Of a stretch of 64,000 nt of DNA, positions 1 through 12,562 are shown piece by piece. Positions within the stretch are counted from its first letter, which is position 1. The number at the start of each line of letters is the position of its first letter. Both the position numbers and the translations under genes were made by a program. The stretch covers positions 124,001 through 188,000 of the forward strand of contig NW_026575374.1 in the NCBI RefSeq assembly GCF_028641065.1, written 5' to 3'. Under the pieces are notes generated by a model. The model worked only from the letters and a program-made list of their open reading frames with translations. It was not told where the DNA came from and did no database searches. This DNA comes from Leucoraja erinacea. Its lineage: Eukaryota.

Positions 1-25
1 AAATTACGAAGGCGATGAAAAATGC

Positions 26-1318
26 ATGTTTATAGATAGCAAACAAAATTGTAAACACCTAATGAGGTGGAAAAGGGACTATGGGTTTAGTGGTAAATTA
101 TTGGTAGACGATTGTTCTAAACTAATGTCCGCAATATTAAATTATGCCGTTAAGAAACGTATAAACAAAGATAAGTTAAGCTACCAACAGGCACGAATTT
201 GGCTCGGCGTAGCCAAAGCATGGAAGGACGGGCAGGAGGAGAAAAAGCAAAAAGAAGAACAGATGACGGCGTACCTACAGAAAGGAGACAACGAGGTCTT
301 CTATCGACCGCCGCATAAAAATACGTTGACGCCTTTGCCGGCGAACCCCGGGACAGCGAGTGCCCACCCCCCTCCCTATTTTCAGGAAGGTGGAGTGGCC
401 TTGCCACCGGGAGAGAGGAGCGAAGCTGGGACCGCGACAGCCCGAGTTCACGGACCCATACCAGGTTTACAAAATCCAAGCGTCACCAGGTCAGGAACTC
501 ATTTTAAACCATTGGGGCCATTTATGGAACAAATAATCGAGGAAATGGGGGCCCTAATGAGCCCGCCTCTCCCGACCTTTAACCAAGTGGGCGAAGGGGA
601 GTGGAATATCTTGCCAATGATAGCCATGCCTAATCCAGGAGGAGCAGCCCAGCCGGTATATGTATATCGGGCGTGGACACTCAAGGATGTTAAGAAGGCA
701 GTAGAAGGGATAACACACCCCAAAGAGAGTTTCACAAGGTGGCAACGGGATTTTGGAAACCTGGTCGTGAGTTATCGGTTAAATAGTGTTGAATTTGAAC
801 AAGCCTTGCGAAGTATGTTCGGTTTTGATTGGTGTTTGATAGAAGGGGATTGGAACCCCCATAACACGGCAGGATTGCATTTCGAATGGGAACCTAATGA
901 TAATGATTACCAACAAAGGAGAAGAGCTATGGAAGGGCGTATAAGGGACCATTACCGAAAAATGGTCGACTATAATAAAATAAGATAATGTGTGCAGACA
1001 AAGGACGAGGATGTGCGCCACTATTTTTCGTCAGATTAAGACAAGTATTCAAGGCAAATAGCGGGATAGTGGGTGGATGACGGATCATTTGCCCAACAAC
1101 TAAAAATAGAATTATTAAACGGCTTGCGGCCAGAAATAAGCTCGAACATTAAGAAGCACATGGTGGGTTACAGAACCGGAGGGTTAAGGCAATTTAAGGA
1201 CTGGGCAGTACATGTGGAAGAAAATGCAAAAAGCAGAAAAACCACAACCAAACAAGTTTATCTGGCCGAAGTAATAGAGAGGAAGACGGACTATGGTGGA
1301 ATGATGAGGGAAAACTAA
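26..1318 (+). pseudogene. gag: Endogenous retrovirus (class I, gamma/epsilon-like) gag relic
   Basis: 320-aa ORF with a PPPY late-domain motif and capsid-like YVYRAWTLKD. After the stop at 986-988 it reads VQTKDEDVRHYF..RLRQVF (major homology region pattern, frameshifted), then LLNGLRPEI. Confidence 0.7.
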
Positions 1319-1483
1319 TCTTGCCAAGATCACTATTTAAATATACATGTTTAATGAGCCATGGGGTAACCCATGTCTCAACAGGAGGAATGATACAAAT
1401 AGTGGGCAAAATATTCAAAACATGGCTACAAGTAGAGCATGAAAAACTAAAAAGTGTGGATCAGGAGAAAAGTCGTAAATTAC

Positions 1484-1703
1484 ACAGAAACATAGAAATT
1501 AGGTGCAGGAGTAGGCCATTCGGCCCTTCGAGCCTGCACCGCCATTCAATATGATCATGGCTGATCATCCAACTCAGTATCCCGTACCTGCCTTCTCTCC
1601 ATACCCCCTGATCCCCTTAGCCACAAGGGCCACATCTAACTCCCTCTTAAATATAGCCAATGAACTGGCCTCAACTACCCTCTGTGGCAGAGAGTTCCAG
1701 AGA
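1484..1703 (-). mobile_element. CR1-clade LINE, 5'-truncated 3' end
   Basis: Near-identical to the 3' end of the CR1 copy at 53650-54775 ([19 protein letters not shown]..., (tttctatg) tail). Confidence 0.85.
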
Positions 1704-3520
1704 CATGGATTAACCATTATGCAGGATCAGCGAGAGCAAGCTAGGCAGGATCTCAAATGACTTGATGAGACTGTGGCAAAAGAGTTCCAGACACTCCATA
1801 ATCTTAGGAAGCATTTTGTTCAAGACTTTGTCACGAGAGCCAAAAAGAGTGCTGACATGGATTTTGACGATACTGGTGGGAGCGCTGCGCAGAAGCAAAA
1901 GATCTCCTTTCTTGAAAACAACCTTGAACAGCTCACCAAGGTTCACAAGCAGTTGGTACGAGGCAATGCAGACCTTCGGTGTGAGCTTCCAAAACTGGTG
2001 AAACGTCTTCAAGCTACAGCTGAAAGGGTCAAGGCTTTGGAGTAAACACTACCAGCAGGAAGTGGATCGTAGCAAGGAAGCTGTGCGAGCAAAGAACATG
2101 GCAGGTAGAGTGCACTCCGCACAGATTGCTAAGCCAATTCGTCCTGGTCAACCCCCAATCCAAGTGCAATTCGTGGGGGTGGTGGATTCTTCCAGAACAG
2201 CCAAGCAGTCGCTGTGCGTGGAGGTGGGGAGGTAAAATCAGATAAGTTTGTCCCTGGAGGGGTGCCTAATAATGCTGAAATTGGGTTCTTGCCTACATCT
2301 GTTAAAGCTAAAAGCAACAACATAATCAAAGCGCAACAGATATCATCCAACAACCCCATCATTCCAAGGCAGTGAACTCTGCAACTTAGACTTTTCACAG
2401 GAATATTTTTGGAAGAATAAAACACAAAAATAACAAAAAAACTGGCCTGTACAGCTACATCCTTGCAAAATCTAAGTGCAATGTCGGCATATTGCAAATA
2501 CTACATGTGATTTAATGTGTAGCTTCATTGCACAGTACATTGTCATTCATGTCTTAAATTTAGTCTGCACTGTGCCAGGTTGAATGTACGTTGTTGCAGG
2601 AAAACCTTAGCAGAAAACTGAAGCCTAATATGTGTATATTTCATTGTTTTAGGATTTGTGAAACAATGTCGCCAAGTAAATTTGATAAGCTTGTTTTACA
2701 ATGGGGGTAAAATGATTTGGAGGAACCCAGCTATAACCCTTGTGTAAATTAAGATAGTATTTGAAGTTTTCTTGAAATAGGATTTTTTTTCTTGGTTTAA
2801 GATGGAGAGTAGTACAATTTGAATACTGAAGGTGCATTTATGAGTGTGGTTAGAGCAGAGAGCTAGGGTAGTTCACAAAAAGCTGCTAATAAAATACTGG
2901 AATGTTTGATGAGATTGTTTAACATGAAAATATTGCATTGTCTGACTAAAGTTTGGGAAGAGTACATTAAACTATGCTGAAAGCATATTGCTGATCATAA
3001 ATGAACAAAGAATGTTAAAAGGCATTTTATCTGAAGATGGAAGAATGTGCAGCAGCATGTCCTGTCCAGATTCTTTGCGATTTCTTTTTGAATGCTAAAC
3101 TAAGGGTCAGGGTTTCACTATTGGGCTTACTATATAAGTTAAACTACATTAAAAAGAGCATTTGAGTTAAGAAATTGCACTTGTTCTGGTTGTACAATTG
3201 GTTTGAGTTGTAGTGCAAATAATATTTTTTTAATTTGAAATGTTAATTTATTTTCAAGCCTTGAACATTTTGCTGTCATCTAATATTTTTTCAATACTTA
3301 GTTCGTGCTCTGGGTCACTAGACTCTGTTTAGTGCATCCTGTGGAAATGAGTCACAAACGCAAAATCTGTGCAAATTTGCAGTACCATTTTATCACCATT
3401 GGTTCTTTATAGGTAAATGAATACATTCAATGCTTGTGTTTATTCTAAACTATCTGGATCTTTAAAAAATAAAATGGTATCCATAAGTAACTTAGATTCT
3501 ACAAAAATACAGAATAAAAT
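1704..3520 (+). pseudogene. KIF5B: Intronless retrocopy of the kinesin-1 heavy chain 3' part (stalk/tail CDS to 2375 plus AT-rich 3'UTR-like sequence)
   Basis: Reads [29 protein letters not shown]...[29 protein letters not shown]...IAKPIRPGQ...[20 protein letters not shown]. No introns, premature stop at 1758-1760, internal deletion near 2042, AATAAA near 3513. Confidence 0.88.
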
Positions 3521-5229
3521 GCTGGTTATTAACCCAAGTCTAAAGGGTACACTTTGATGTATGAAATTGGATAACTGAGAATCAATTCTTGGAAGACGCT
3601 TAAACATCTGTAAATCATTGCTTAAATGTGAGGGCTTTTATGTGAAGGGGGGTGAAGGGGTAAACTTTAATTCTTAGTCCCCTACCTGGTCGGAGAGGCG
3701 GGGAGCGGTCAAGCAATACAAGCTGCGAATGGCAGGGCGCGGCGCTGGGATATCGCCGTGCGGCAAGCTCACTGAAGTGTCCCAAGGCACTTCACAACTG
3801 GGTATAAGTGTTCATACACAGGTCCTCAAAATATGATACAGGTATTTGGAGCTTTGTTAATACATTGGTCTTTGTTGCCAATTCAATTGGGATGTGTAAT
3901 ACTGCATGTAACTAAAGGCAGAAAGCTGGTTTGGGAAATGGAAAAATATTGTAATTTCTGCACTAACATCCTTCATAGTGATTACAGGAATGTTCAAGGG
4001 TTGTCTCACAGACTAATAGAAACAGCCCTTACAAAACAAAATGCAGATGGTGTACAAGTTGGTTCCTCAGAAAGGAATTGAGGAAGAAGAACTGGACATT
4101 GACCTAAGGGATACCTTCATGGCCTGAACGGACCCCCGCAGATGAACAGATTGCATAAAATCAAAGTCGCGCACACGGCCAGTGACAGAACTGCAGCGCC
4201 GCTGAAGGTAAGATTTGTAACATACCTACATAGGAGGTTGAGAGGTGATTTTATGGAGCTGTACAAGATCACGGGGGAATATTATGGTAGATGCACAGTG
4301 TTTTACCCAGAATAGGAAAATCAATAACCATGGGACAAATGTTTAAGGTGAGGGGGGATTGACTCAATATGTACCTGGGGGCACCTTTTTGACACAACGT
4401 AGTGGGTATTCAACTCGCCAGAGAAGTAAGTAGAAGGAGATGCAAGAACAACATGATTGCAATCTGGAGCTTGCTGACTGAGGTGGTGATGGAGGCAGAG
4501 ACTCTCACAAAGTTTAAATATCTCGACAAGCTGTTAAATCACCAAGGAAGACAATGATATAGACTACTAAATACTCATAAATGTAGTTCACTCTATGGGG
4601 AAATTATTTCAGAATCTTACAAAATTTTGGAAGATGATAACCTCTGTCTCCAGAGCCACTTGTTCCCAAACTGTGGAATCTAATGTTCTTGAGTCTTGAG
4701 ATTTTAGTGGTGCTTGACTTCCACTTTTGAGGACCCTCCCAATTCCCCACCCCACGACTAGAGGATGTTGGTCCACCAGATTGACGCCGATTTGCAGCCG
4801 AGCGTGGCCAATGAGATACGGGGCTGGAAAGCTGCGCTATGACAATGTCAATAATATTATACACCTTGCAGGGCTCTCACTTAACTTTTTTTCTCTGTTG
4901 TCAGCCGGGCAACCTTGGAAGCTTTTTAAGCTGCCAAATGACAATTTAGGTGGTCATTTAAGATGGCTTGCATGACGCGTGCGATAATGTGCTCGGACGA
5001 AGTGCGTATTTACCATTCGGAATTATACTCAATGAAGCAGTCACATATGTCTGCTTCAAATAAAGTCACAGACTAAACATATTCACCAATCAAGACATGA
5101 TATATACCACAATGACATGCAGCAAAATTATAATACAGTATCTCAACTTTTTGTACACGTTGCAATGAATGCAGTTTCCATTATTTCTTTCCACTTCCAA
5201 ACAAAAATGTGGTTGGATTATTCAGCATA

Positions 5230-5672
5230 AGATCAACCTCGGTGAGACCAAGCGCAGGCTTGGCGATCGCTTCGCACAACACCTCCACTCAGTTCGCAAT
5301 AACCAACCAGATCTCCCGGTGGCTCATCACTTCAACTCCCCTTCCCATTCCGAATCTGACCTTTCTCTCCTGGGCCTCCTCCATGGCCAGAGTGAGGCCC
5401 ACTGCATATTGGAGGAGCAGCACCTCATATTTGCTTGGGTAGTTTACACCCCAGCAGTATGAACAATGGCTTCTCTAATTTCAGGTAGTCCTTGCTTTCT
5501 CCCTCCTTCCCTTCCCATTCCCATCTCTCCCACAGCCTACTGTCTCCACCACTTCCTTTCTTATTCGTGTCCCCCCCTGACATCAATCTGAAGAAGGATC
5601 TCGACCCGAAACGTTGTCTATTCCTTCGCTTCATAGATGCTGCCTTACCTGCTGATTTTCTCCAGCTTTTTT
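5230..5672 (+). mobile_element. Penelope-like element 3' fragment (GIY-YIG end)
   Basis: GETKRRLGDRFAQHL...HFNSPSH; tandem with the next copy. Confidence 0.75.
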
Positions 5673-5675
5673 TGT

Positions 5676-6424
5676 CTAACAATGGGATCCCACCACTCGA
5701 CACATCTTCCCATCTCCCCCCATGTCTGCCTTCCGCAAAGACCGCTCCCTCCATAACTCCCTTGTCAATTCTTCCCTTCCCTCCCTTACCACCCCCTCCC
5801 CGGGCACTTTCCCTTGCAACCGCAAGAAATGCAACACTTGGCCCTTTACCTCCCCCCTCGACTCCATTCAAGGACCCAAGCAGTCGTTCCAGGTGCGACA
5901 GAGGTTTTCCTGCATCTCCTCTAACCTCATCTTATGCATCCGCTGCTCTAGATGTCAGCAGATCTATATCGGTGAGACCAAGCGGAGGTTGGGCGATCGT
6001 TTCGCCGAACACCTCCGCTCGGTCCGTAATAATCAACCTGACCTCCCGGTGGCTCAGCACTTCAACTCCCCATCCCACTCCGTATCCGAACTCTCTGTCC
6101 TGGGTCTCCTCCATGGCCAGAGCGAGCAACACTGGAAATTGGAGGAACAGCACCTCATATTCCGCTATGGGAGTCTGCATTCTGGGGGCATGAACATTGA
6201 ATTCTCACAATTGTGTTACTCCTTGCTGTCTCCCCCCCTTCCTCAGCCCTCCTGCTGTCTCCTCCCATTACTCAGCATTCTGGCTCCTCCTCCTTTTTCC
6301 TTTCTTCTCCCCGCCCCCACACCCCCGATCAGCCTGAAGAAGGGTTTTGGCCCGAAACGTTGCCTTTTTCCTTCGCTCCATAGATGCTGCTGCACTCGCT
6401 GAGTTTCACCAGCTTTTCTGTGTA
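5676..6424 (+). mobile_element. Penelope-like element, GIY-YIG endonuclease fragment plus 3' end
   Basis: CIRCSRCQQIYIGETKRRLGDRFAEHLRSVRNNQPDLPVAQHFNS is a PLE GIY-YIG signature. Confidence 0.82.
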
Positions 6425-7202
6425 CACACATATATTTATATAGTTTTACATTCATATATAAATATACACCGTTTGTTTTCTCATTTATAACATTGTTTAC
6501 ATAGTACTGTATCTACATATTCTGTTGTGCTGCTGCAAGTAAGGATTTCATTGTTCTAACTGGGTCGTGAGAGAATAAAACACTCTTGACTCTTGACTTA
6601 CTCCACTAATGTGTGGGATAGAACTAGTGTAAGGGTGATCGGTGATCGGCGTGGACTCGGTGGGCCGAAGGGCCTGTTTCCACGCTGTATCTTTAAATTA
6701 TACTAAAAACACTAAAACCAGAGGGAGTCTAAAGAAGGTTCTCTACCCGAAACGTCACCCAATTTTTTCTATCCAGAGTTGCTGGCTGCTCCATGGAGTT
6801 CCCCCGCACAATTAAAGCATGCAATAGTCTTCACCCTACCATAGTTACCCAACCAGACGCAACTAAATTTAAGGCACCTCTTTTTTTCCCGAAGAACCCT
6901 TTTTTTTTGCTTAAGTTCAATTCAAGAGTCAAGAGAGTTTTATTGTCATGTGTCCCAGATAAGAAAATGAAATTATTGCTTGCTGCAGCACAACAGAATA
7001 TGTAAACATAATACAGGAGGTACAATTTCAGTGTGTTCATATACCATAGACCATATATATATACACAATAAATAAACATATAAAATGCAATAGGCTGTTA
7101 TTGTTCAGCTCTCCACCATCTCCAGTTTAAATTCCATTTAGAAAATCTATGGCGGACCAGGAAACCATAAGCAAGGGTTACTCCAGGTAGTTACTCCAGC
7201 TC

Positions 7203-7711
7203 CAGGGTCAGGGACTGCGTTGGTTTTCAGCGGTCGCGGCGAGGCGGCGGCCGGACAGCAATGGCGGCCAGATCTCCCACAATTCAAAGCGAGGGAGAAA
7301 GTGCCCAGCGCCGACCAGTTCCCGTGGCAGTGCGCATGCGCAGGGCGGCCGATGAAATGCTGGCCGTGGTTGTGCGCATGTGCAGGGGGAGGATTTGCTG
7401 GGCGTAGCAGTGCGCATGTGCAAGACAGCCTGCCGTGCCGGCGGATGAGAAGCGAGCGGAGAGTGGAGACCCGGCGGCCCGGATACGTATGGCAGGCGGA
7501 GACGGAGATTGACAGACAGACAGAGAGAGATAGAGAGGGGGCCCAACCAGAGTTCAACGGCAGGTGTCCTGCCTTGGCCGGAGGTCGCCTACATTTCGAG
7601 GCCCTAGGCTTCAGCCTATGAAGCCTAGTGGTAAATCCGGCTCTGCGAGGCCCCCTAGATCTCGAGGCCCTAAGCTTAAGCTTGTCAAGTTTATACGTAC
7701 ATCTGGCCCTG
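7203..7711. mobile_element. hAT-like non-autonomous element fragment (paralog at 25121-25605)
   Basis: Long similarity to 25121-25605; ends in ...ggccctg (CAGGGCC-type TIR); contains TGCGCATGCGCA palindromes. Confidence 0.55.
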
Positions 7712-8219
7712 CCTGTGTGCCTGCTCCACCCCTGCCTCGCATTTGCCCCCTCTCTCGCTGTTACATCTCGCCCATTGTTCCTTTGGGGGGGGGGGGGAGG
7801 ATAACAATTTTACTCATAAATTATGAATAAAGATTAGGATTTATACACAGTTTTTTTTCAGCTAGCGCTTTGATCGCCTTTTCTTTATATTGAATGACCT
7901 TTAACAAATCCCATGATTCATTGCGTTTTTCGGCATGCAAACCTACTTATTTGGATATTAAATGACAGGATTCTTCCCCGCCGCGTTCTCCTTCTCGTTC
8001 TCCTGTCAGTTGCAAAGACTGCCCCACTGCCTGCTGATTGGGCATTTTGGTGCAACTGAACAAGGATTAATCAATTGGAATCAACGATTTCTCATCCTTC
8101 ATTTGCACACTGCTGCCTCCATCAGAGAGGCGACGGGTGACACTTGCATAATATTTCATGCGGATATTATTTTGAGTTAGGCAGGCTTGAAGGGTTTGAA
8201 ATGCACATCGCTGTTTCTA

Positions 8220-8648
8220 TTTCCACAAGTGCTTCGGCAGCGACTTCCAAAAGCGCCATTTCAAGGCAGACCTCGAAGAAAACTGCCATGAACATGAGCA
8301 AGGAAGGCGACAAGTACACAGGAAGAGCAGGAAGGAGAGTATCAGCGTCTACATCTACACAGTGCTGAAACAGGTCCACCTTTAAGTCCTCCAAGGCCAT
8401 AAGTGTAATCAACTCGTTCACCAGCGACATTTTTAGAGCATTGCTTCCGAAGCTACCGCTCTGGTGCATTACACCTACTGCCAGACCATCTCTTCCCGGA
8501 GATCCAGACTGTCGCCGTCCCCTGCTACCCGGGGAACTGGCGAAACACGCCGTCTCGGAAGGGACGAAACCAGTTAAAACATATACCAGTTCCAAGTGGA
8601 GGCCATCAAAAGCTGCCATTAAACGCCAAACTGTTCTTTTAAGAGCCA
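8220..8648 (+). pseudogene. H2B: Histone H2B pseudogene (divergent type)
   Basis: Frameshifted RKSRKESISVYIYTVLKQVH...INSF..DIF...TISSR...[25 protein letters not shown], followed by a degenerate stem-loop tgttcttttaagagcc near 8632-8647. Confidence 0.88.
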
Positions 8649-8869
8649 CTCAAATGTTTTAAATTAAGACTATAATTGATCAATAGCTTTGTTGGCGTCA
8701 AATTGTTGATAAATTGGCTATAATAAAAATCAAACCACTGAAAATTACAAAGCCCTGGAGACAGTCCAATCAGGCAGCGTCCGAAAAGAAACAATCAACG
8801 CCAAGTCAAGACCCTTCCTCGTCCCTTATCAATTTGAAGTATCAAAAATACTATCAATAGAATCTAAAT

Positions 8870-9934
8870 CGAACCACTGTGTGCCTGGGTCCTGGACTTT
8901 CTCACCGCCAGGCCCCAGGTAGTCAAGATGGGAGGGAATACATCGAAGTCCCTCACCCTGAGCACAGGATCGCCCCAGGGTTGCGTCCTCAGCCCCCTAT
9001 TGTACTCCCTGTACACACATGACTGTGTGGCTAGGTTCAGCTCCAATTCAATAATTAAGTTTGCTGATGACACTGTGGCGGTGGGCCTGATCTCAGACAA
9101 TGATGAGAGGGCCTACCGGGAGGAGGTGGCTGATCTAGCACTCTGGTGCCAGGAGAACAGCCTCCTCTTGAACATCAAAAAAACGAAGGAGCTGATCTTG
9201 GACTTTAGGAGGGCACATCATCCGAGGACGTACACTCCATTGAGTATAAATGGGGATCCTGTGGATAGGGTGAACTGTTTTAAATATCTGGGAGTCCACA
9301 TCTCTGAGGATATGACATGGTCATCACACGCCTCAGCACTGGTGAGTAAGGCAAGGCAGCGCCTTTACCACCTCAGGCAATTGAGGAAATTCAGAGTGTC
9401 TCCGAGGATCCTCCAGTGCTTCTACGCAGCGGCGGTGGAAAGCATCTTGTCCGGGAACATTACCATCTGGTTCGGGAATTGCTCTGCCAAGGACAAGAAG
9501 GCTCTGCAGAGAGTAGTGCGTTCGGCCGAACGCACTATGGGAACTTCACTCACCCCCCTGCAAGAACTATACAACAGGAGTTGCAACTCCAGAGCAAACA
9601 AAATCATGAGAGACCTCTTCCACCCCTGCAACGGACTGTTCCAGCCGCTACGGTCAGGCAAACGCCTCCGTTGCCATGCAGTGAGAACGGAGAGGTTGAG
9701 AAGGAGTTTCTTCCCAGAGGCAATTCGGACTGTAAACGCCTTTCTCACCAGGGACTAACTGTACAGAACGTTTTTCCTTCTATTATTTATTATGTAAAAT
9801 AATATGTGTGTTATGATTGTGTTTATAATTTGTTTGGTTGTTTTGTTGTTCCGCGAGCATTGCCACTTTCATTTCACTGCACATCTCGTATGTGTATGTG
9901 ACAAATAAACTTGACTTGACTTGACTTGACTTGA
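8870..9934 (+). mobile_element. Rex1/Babar LINE 3' portion (RT C-terminus)
   Basis: ORF 8928-9758 has [26 protein letters not shown] and FKYLGVHI; (cttga)n tail near 9910-9934. Confidence 0.88.
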
Positions 9935-10214
9935 TCTGTTGTATTGTCATATGATGGGACAATTAAATTCTTACTTGCTGCAGCACACCAGAATATGTGA
10001 ATATGTAACCATAGTCCATAATGGGGCAAGAGAAAAAAAGAAAAAGTTCAATAAATAACTAATATAGTGCAATAATAATACAGGTGCACAACCTTTTATC
10101 CGAAAGCCTTGGGACCATACACTTGTCGGATTTCACATAATAATAAGATTTTTAGCGTAGATTTAGGTAGCAGTTCAGAAAAGTCAGAGCTGCCTCCTCC
10201 CGGGTGATTTGTTT

Positions 10215-11000
10215 AGTTGTGTTTGATAGCCTGGTGGTGGACTGTAGGGAAGAAGCTGTTCCTGAACCCCTGGACGGGGGCTTACAGTTTTCAGGCTCCT
10301 ATGCCTTCGTCCTGCTGGCAATGGTGAAATGAGTGCATGGCCAGGATGGTGTGGGTCTTTGATGATTTTGGCTGCCTTTTTGAGGCAGCGACTGCAATAG
10401 ATCCCTTCGACGGTGGGGAGGTCAAAGCGGTGATGGACAGGGCAGCGGCCACAACCTTTTGTAGTCTTTTTCGCTCCTGGATGTTCAAGTTGCCGAACCA
10501 GACCATAATGCAACCAGTCAGAATGCTCTCCACAATGCACCTGTAGAAGTTTAGGAAAATCCTCTTTGACATGCCGAATCTCCGAGTCTCTGATGAGGAT
10601 TGGAATCAACGATTTCTCATCCTTCATTCTTTATAATTGCATCGGTGTTCTGGGTCCAGGAAAGATCTTCGGAAGTATGCACGCCAAGGAATTTGAGGTT
10701 TTTGACCCTCTCCACCATCGTCCCATTGATGTGAACAGGATTGTGGGTACTCATCCTTCCCCTACCAAAGTCCACAATCAGTTCCTTGGCCTTACTGATG
10801 TTGAGAGCTAGTTTGCTGTGCTGGAACCATTTGGTCAGTCTGTCGATCTCACTTCTATACTCTGACTCGTCCCCATCTGTGATTCATCCAACAACAGTGG
10901 TGTCGTCGGCGAACTTGATGATGGAGTTCGCACTATGTCCGACTCCGCAGTTATAGATGTGAGTAAAGCAGGGGGCTGAGCACGCAGCCTTGAGGTGCTC
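10215..11000 (-). mobile_element. Rex1/Babar LINE degenerate fragment
   Basis: Minus strand reads KFADDTTVVG, FYRCIVESILTGCIMVWFG and IIKDPHHPGH. Confidence 0.8.
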
Positions 11001-11784
11001 CCATACTAATTGGTAAATTAGTCTTCCACAGGTTAAATAGTTGCACTTCCATTATTGAAGAAGTTCAACATTCGTTTGGCGTGAAATAATTGGGGCATAG
11101 GGCCTGTTGCCATGTTGTATGACTCTCTAACCTTAGGAGTCGCCATGGACCCAAATGTATCTGGGTCGGGGAGGGGTGAACATGCCTAAAATGAAAATCC
11201 TCATATTGGGTACGGAAGCAGTAGAGATTGAGACTAGGGCGTGCCATCTTTGCAAGAGGAAGTAAGATGTCCCCAACAACTCTCACCAACATCTACAAGT
11301 GTGCCATAGAAAGCATTTTATCAGGAGAAGTGCGTGAGATGGCTTGACAAAGCGAAGGTGCGCTGTTCATAGTTTTTGGTTCAATTCATTTTTTTTAATT
11401 TACAATGGTCAACAATACATTCATGTAAAGAAATATAACCTGTCATTTTGTTTCCTTCAAAATAAAGGTACACCAATCTAAATCTTGCTGAAGGATGAAA
11501 CAGGGTGCATTATAATCTGGTATCAGGTATTTGATCTGGTATGTTGGTTCACATGCTTGATCAATGGTGTTTTATCATTAATGTCTTATTATTATTCATG
11601 TTTAGTGTTTCCTGAGTCATTCGTAACTGTCACTGTATGTCATGTTGTTACTTGAGGGCGGAGCACCAAGGCAAATTCCTTGTATGTGAATACTTGGCCA
11701 ATAAACGTACTTACTTACTTGAAACCAGAGGGGGAATGGAGTGTTCAGGGACGCGGCTTTGTGTCGTTAGGAGCAGCGGATTGG

Positions 11785-11856
11785 GCAGCTCCAATCGGAT
11801 TATGGGCGTGGCCCAATCGATTGTCTCTCCCCTGTCCGCCTTTCGTTTTTATAAAC
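11785..11856 (+). promoter_or_regulatory. H1-like gene promoter (CCAAT x2, GC box, TATA)
   Basis: ccaat at 11791 and 11813, gggcgtgg near 11804, tttataaa near 11848; the GC box and TATA are conserved in the copy upstream of 59806. Confidence 0.65.
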
Positions 11857-11913
11857 CGTGATCCTGCACAGAGCTGCCACTTCTGTAGCGGTGTCCATCC
11901 GTTGGAAGTGGAA

Positions 11914-12522
11914 ATGGCCGAGATCGTACCCATCAAGGCGGATATTGCCGCCGCTATCCCTCCTGATCTCACCAGTGGTCCGGTTTTCTCGGCCCCTCCC
12001 GTCGCACTCGCTGCCACGAAGAAGAAGGCGGCCTATCGCCCGCAGAAGGGAGCAGCAGCCGCCGTGGCCGAGCAGATCCTGGAGGCTGTGGCCGCCACCA
12101 AGGAGCGTCAGGTTGCCAAGCTGGGCGCTGTAAAGAAAACTGTATCGGCTGCCGGCTACAGGACGGACAAGGTCGGCGCCTGGCCAAACAAGTCTGGCAG
12201 CGCGTTGGCTAACAAGAGCACCCCATCTGAGGACGGCACTGACACTTCCGCGGCCACTCTCTCGGAGCGGGTTAAGGAGCTGAGAGGGACAGAGGGCGAA
12301 CAGGGAGAAGGCAAAGGTCGGAACAAAAGGAACACCAAGAAAAAAGCGCCTGCGAGGAAAATGGGCCAGAGGAGAGCGGCACGTGTTAAGCCTGCCGCCC
12401 AGGAAAGGATTCAAAAACCGGCGGCCAAGAGTCCCAGCAAGCGCACGGCGGACAAGAAAGGGTCCAAGGGACCTGCCTCCAGAGCTGGAGGGCGACAACG
12501 ACGGGTAGCCAGAAAGAGGTAG
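11914..12522 (+). CDS. Divergent linker histone H1-like protein, 202 aa
   Basis: ATG in good Kozak context downstream of TATA. VAEQILEAVAATKERQVAKLGAVKKTVSAAGY aligns to H1 [32 protein letters not shown]. Basic K/R/A/P tail, then a perfect histone stem-loop. Confidence 0.85.
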   Translation: MAEIVPIKADIAAAIPPDLTSGPVFSAPPVALAATKKKAAYRPQKGAAAAVAEQILEAVAATKERQVAKLGAVKKTVSAAGYRTDKVGAWPNKSGSALANKSTPSEDGTDTSAATLSERVKELRGTEGEQGEGKGRNKRNTKKKAPARKMGQRRAARVKPAAQERIQKPAAKSPSKRTADKKGSKGPASRAGGRQRRVARKR

Positions 12523-12546
12523 ACAAAACCCGAACAGCCAAACAAA

Positions 12547-12562
12547 GGCTCTTTTCAGAGCC
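12547..12562 (+). terminator. Histone mRNA 3' stem-loop
   Basis: GGCTCTTTTCAGAGCC followed by ACCCA; purine-rich taggag downstream is a putative HDE. Confidence 0.95.

Noticed and set aside
11680-11913. N-terminal extensions of histone ORFs in the track (also 24106, 41243, 59674, 62456)
   Set aside because: They start at non-ATG codons or upstream of the TATA box; the true starts are the downstream ATGs.
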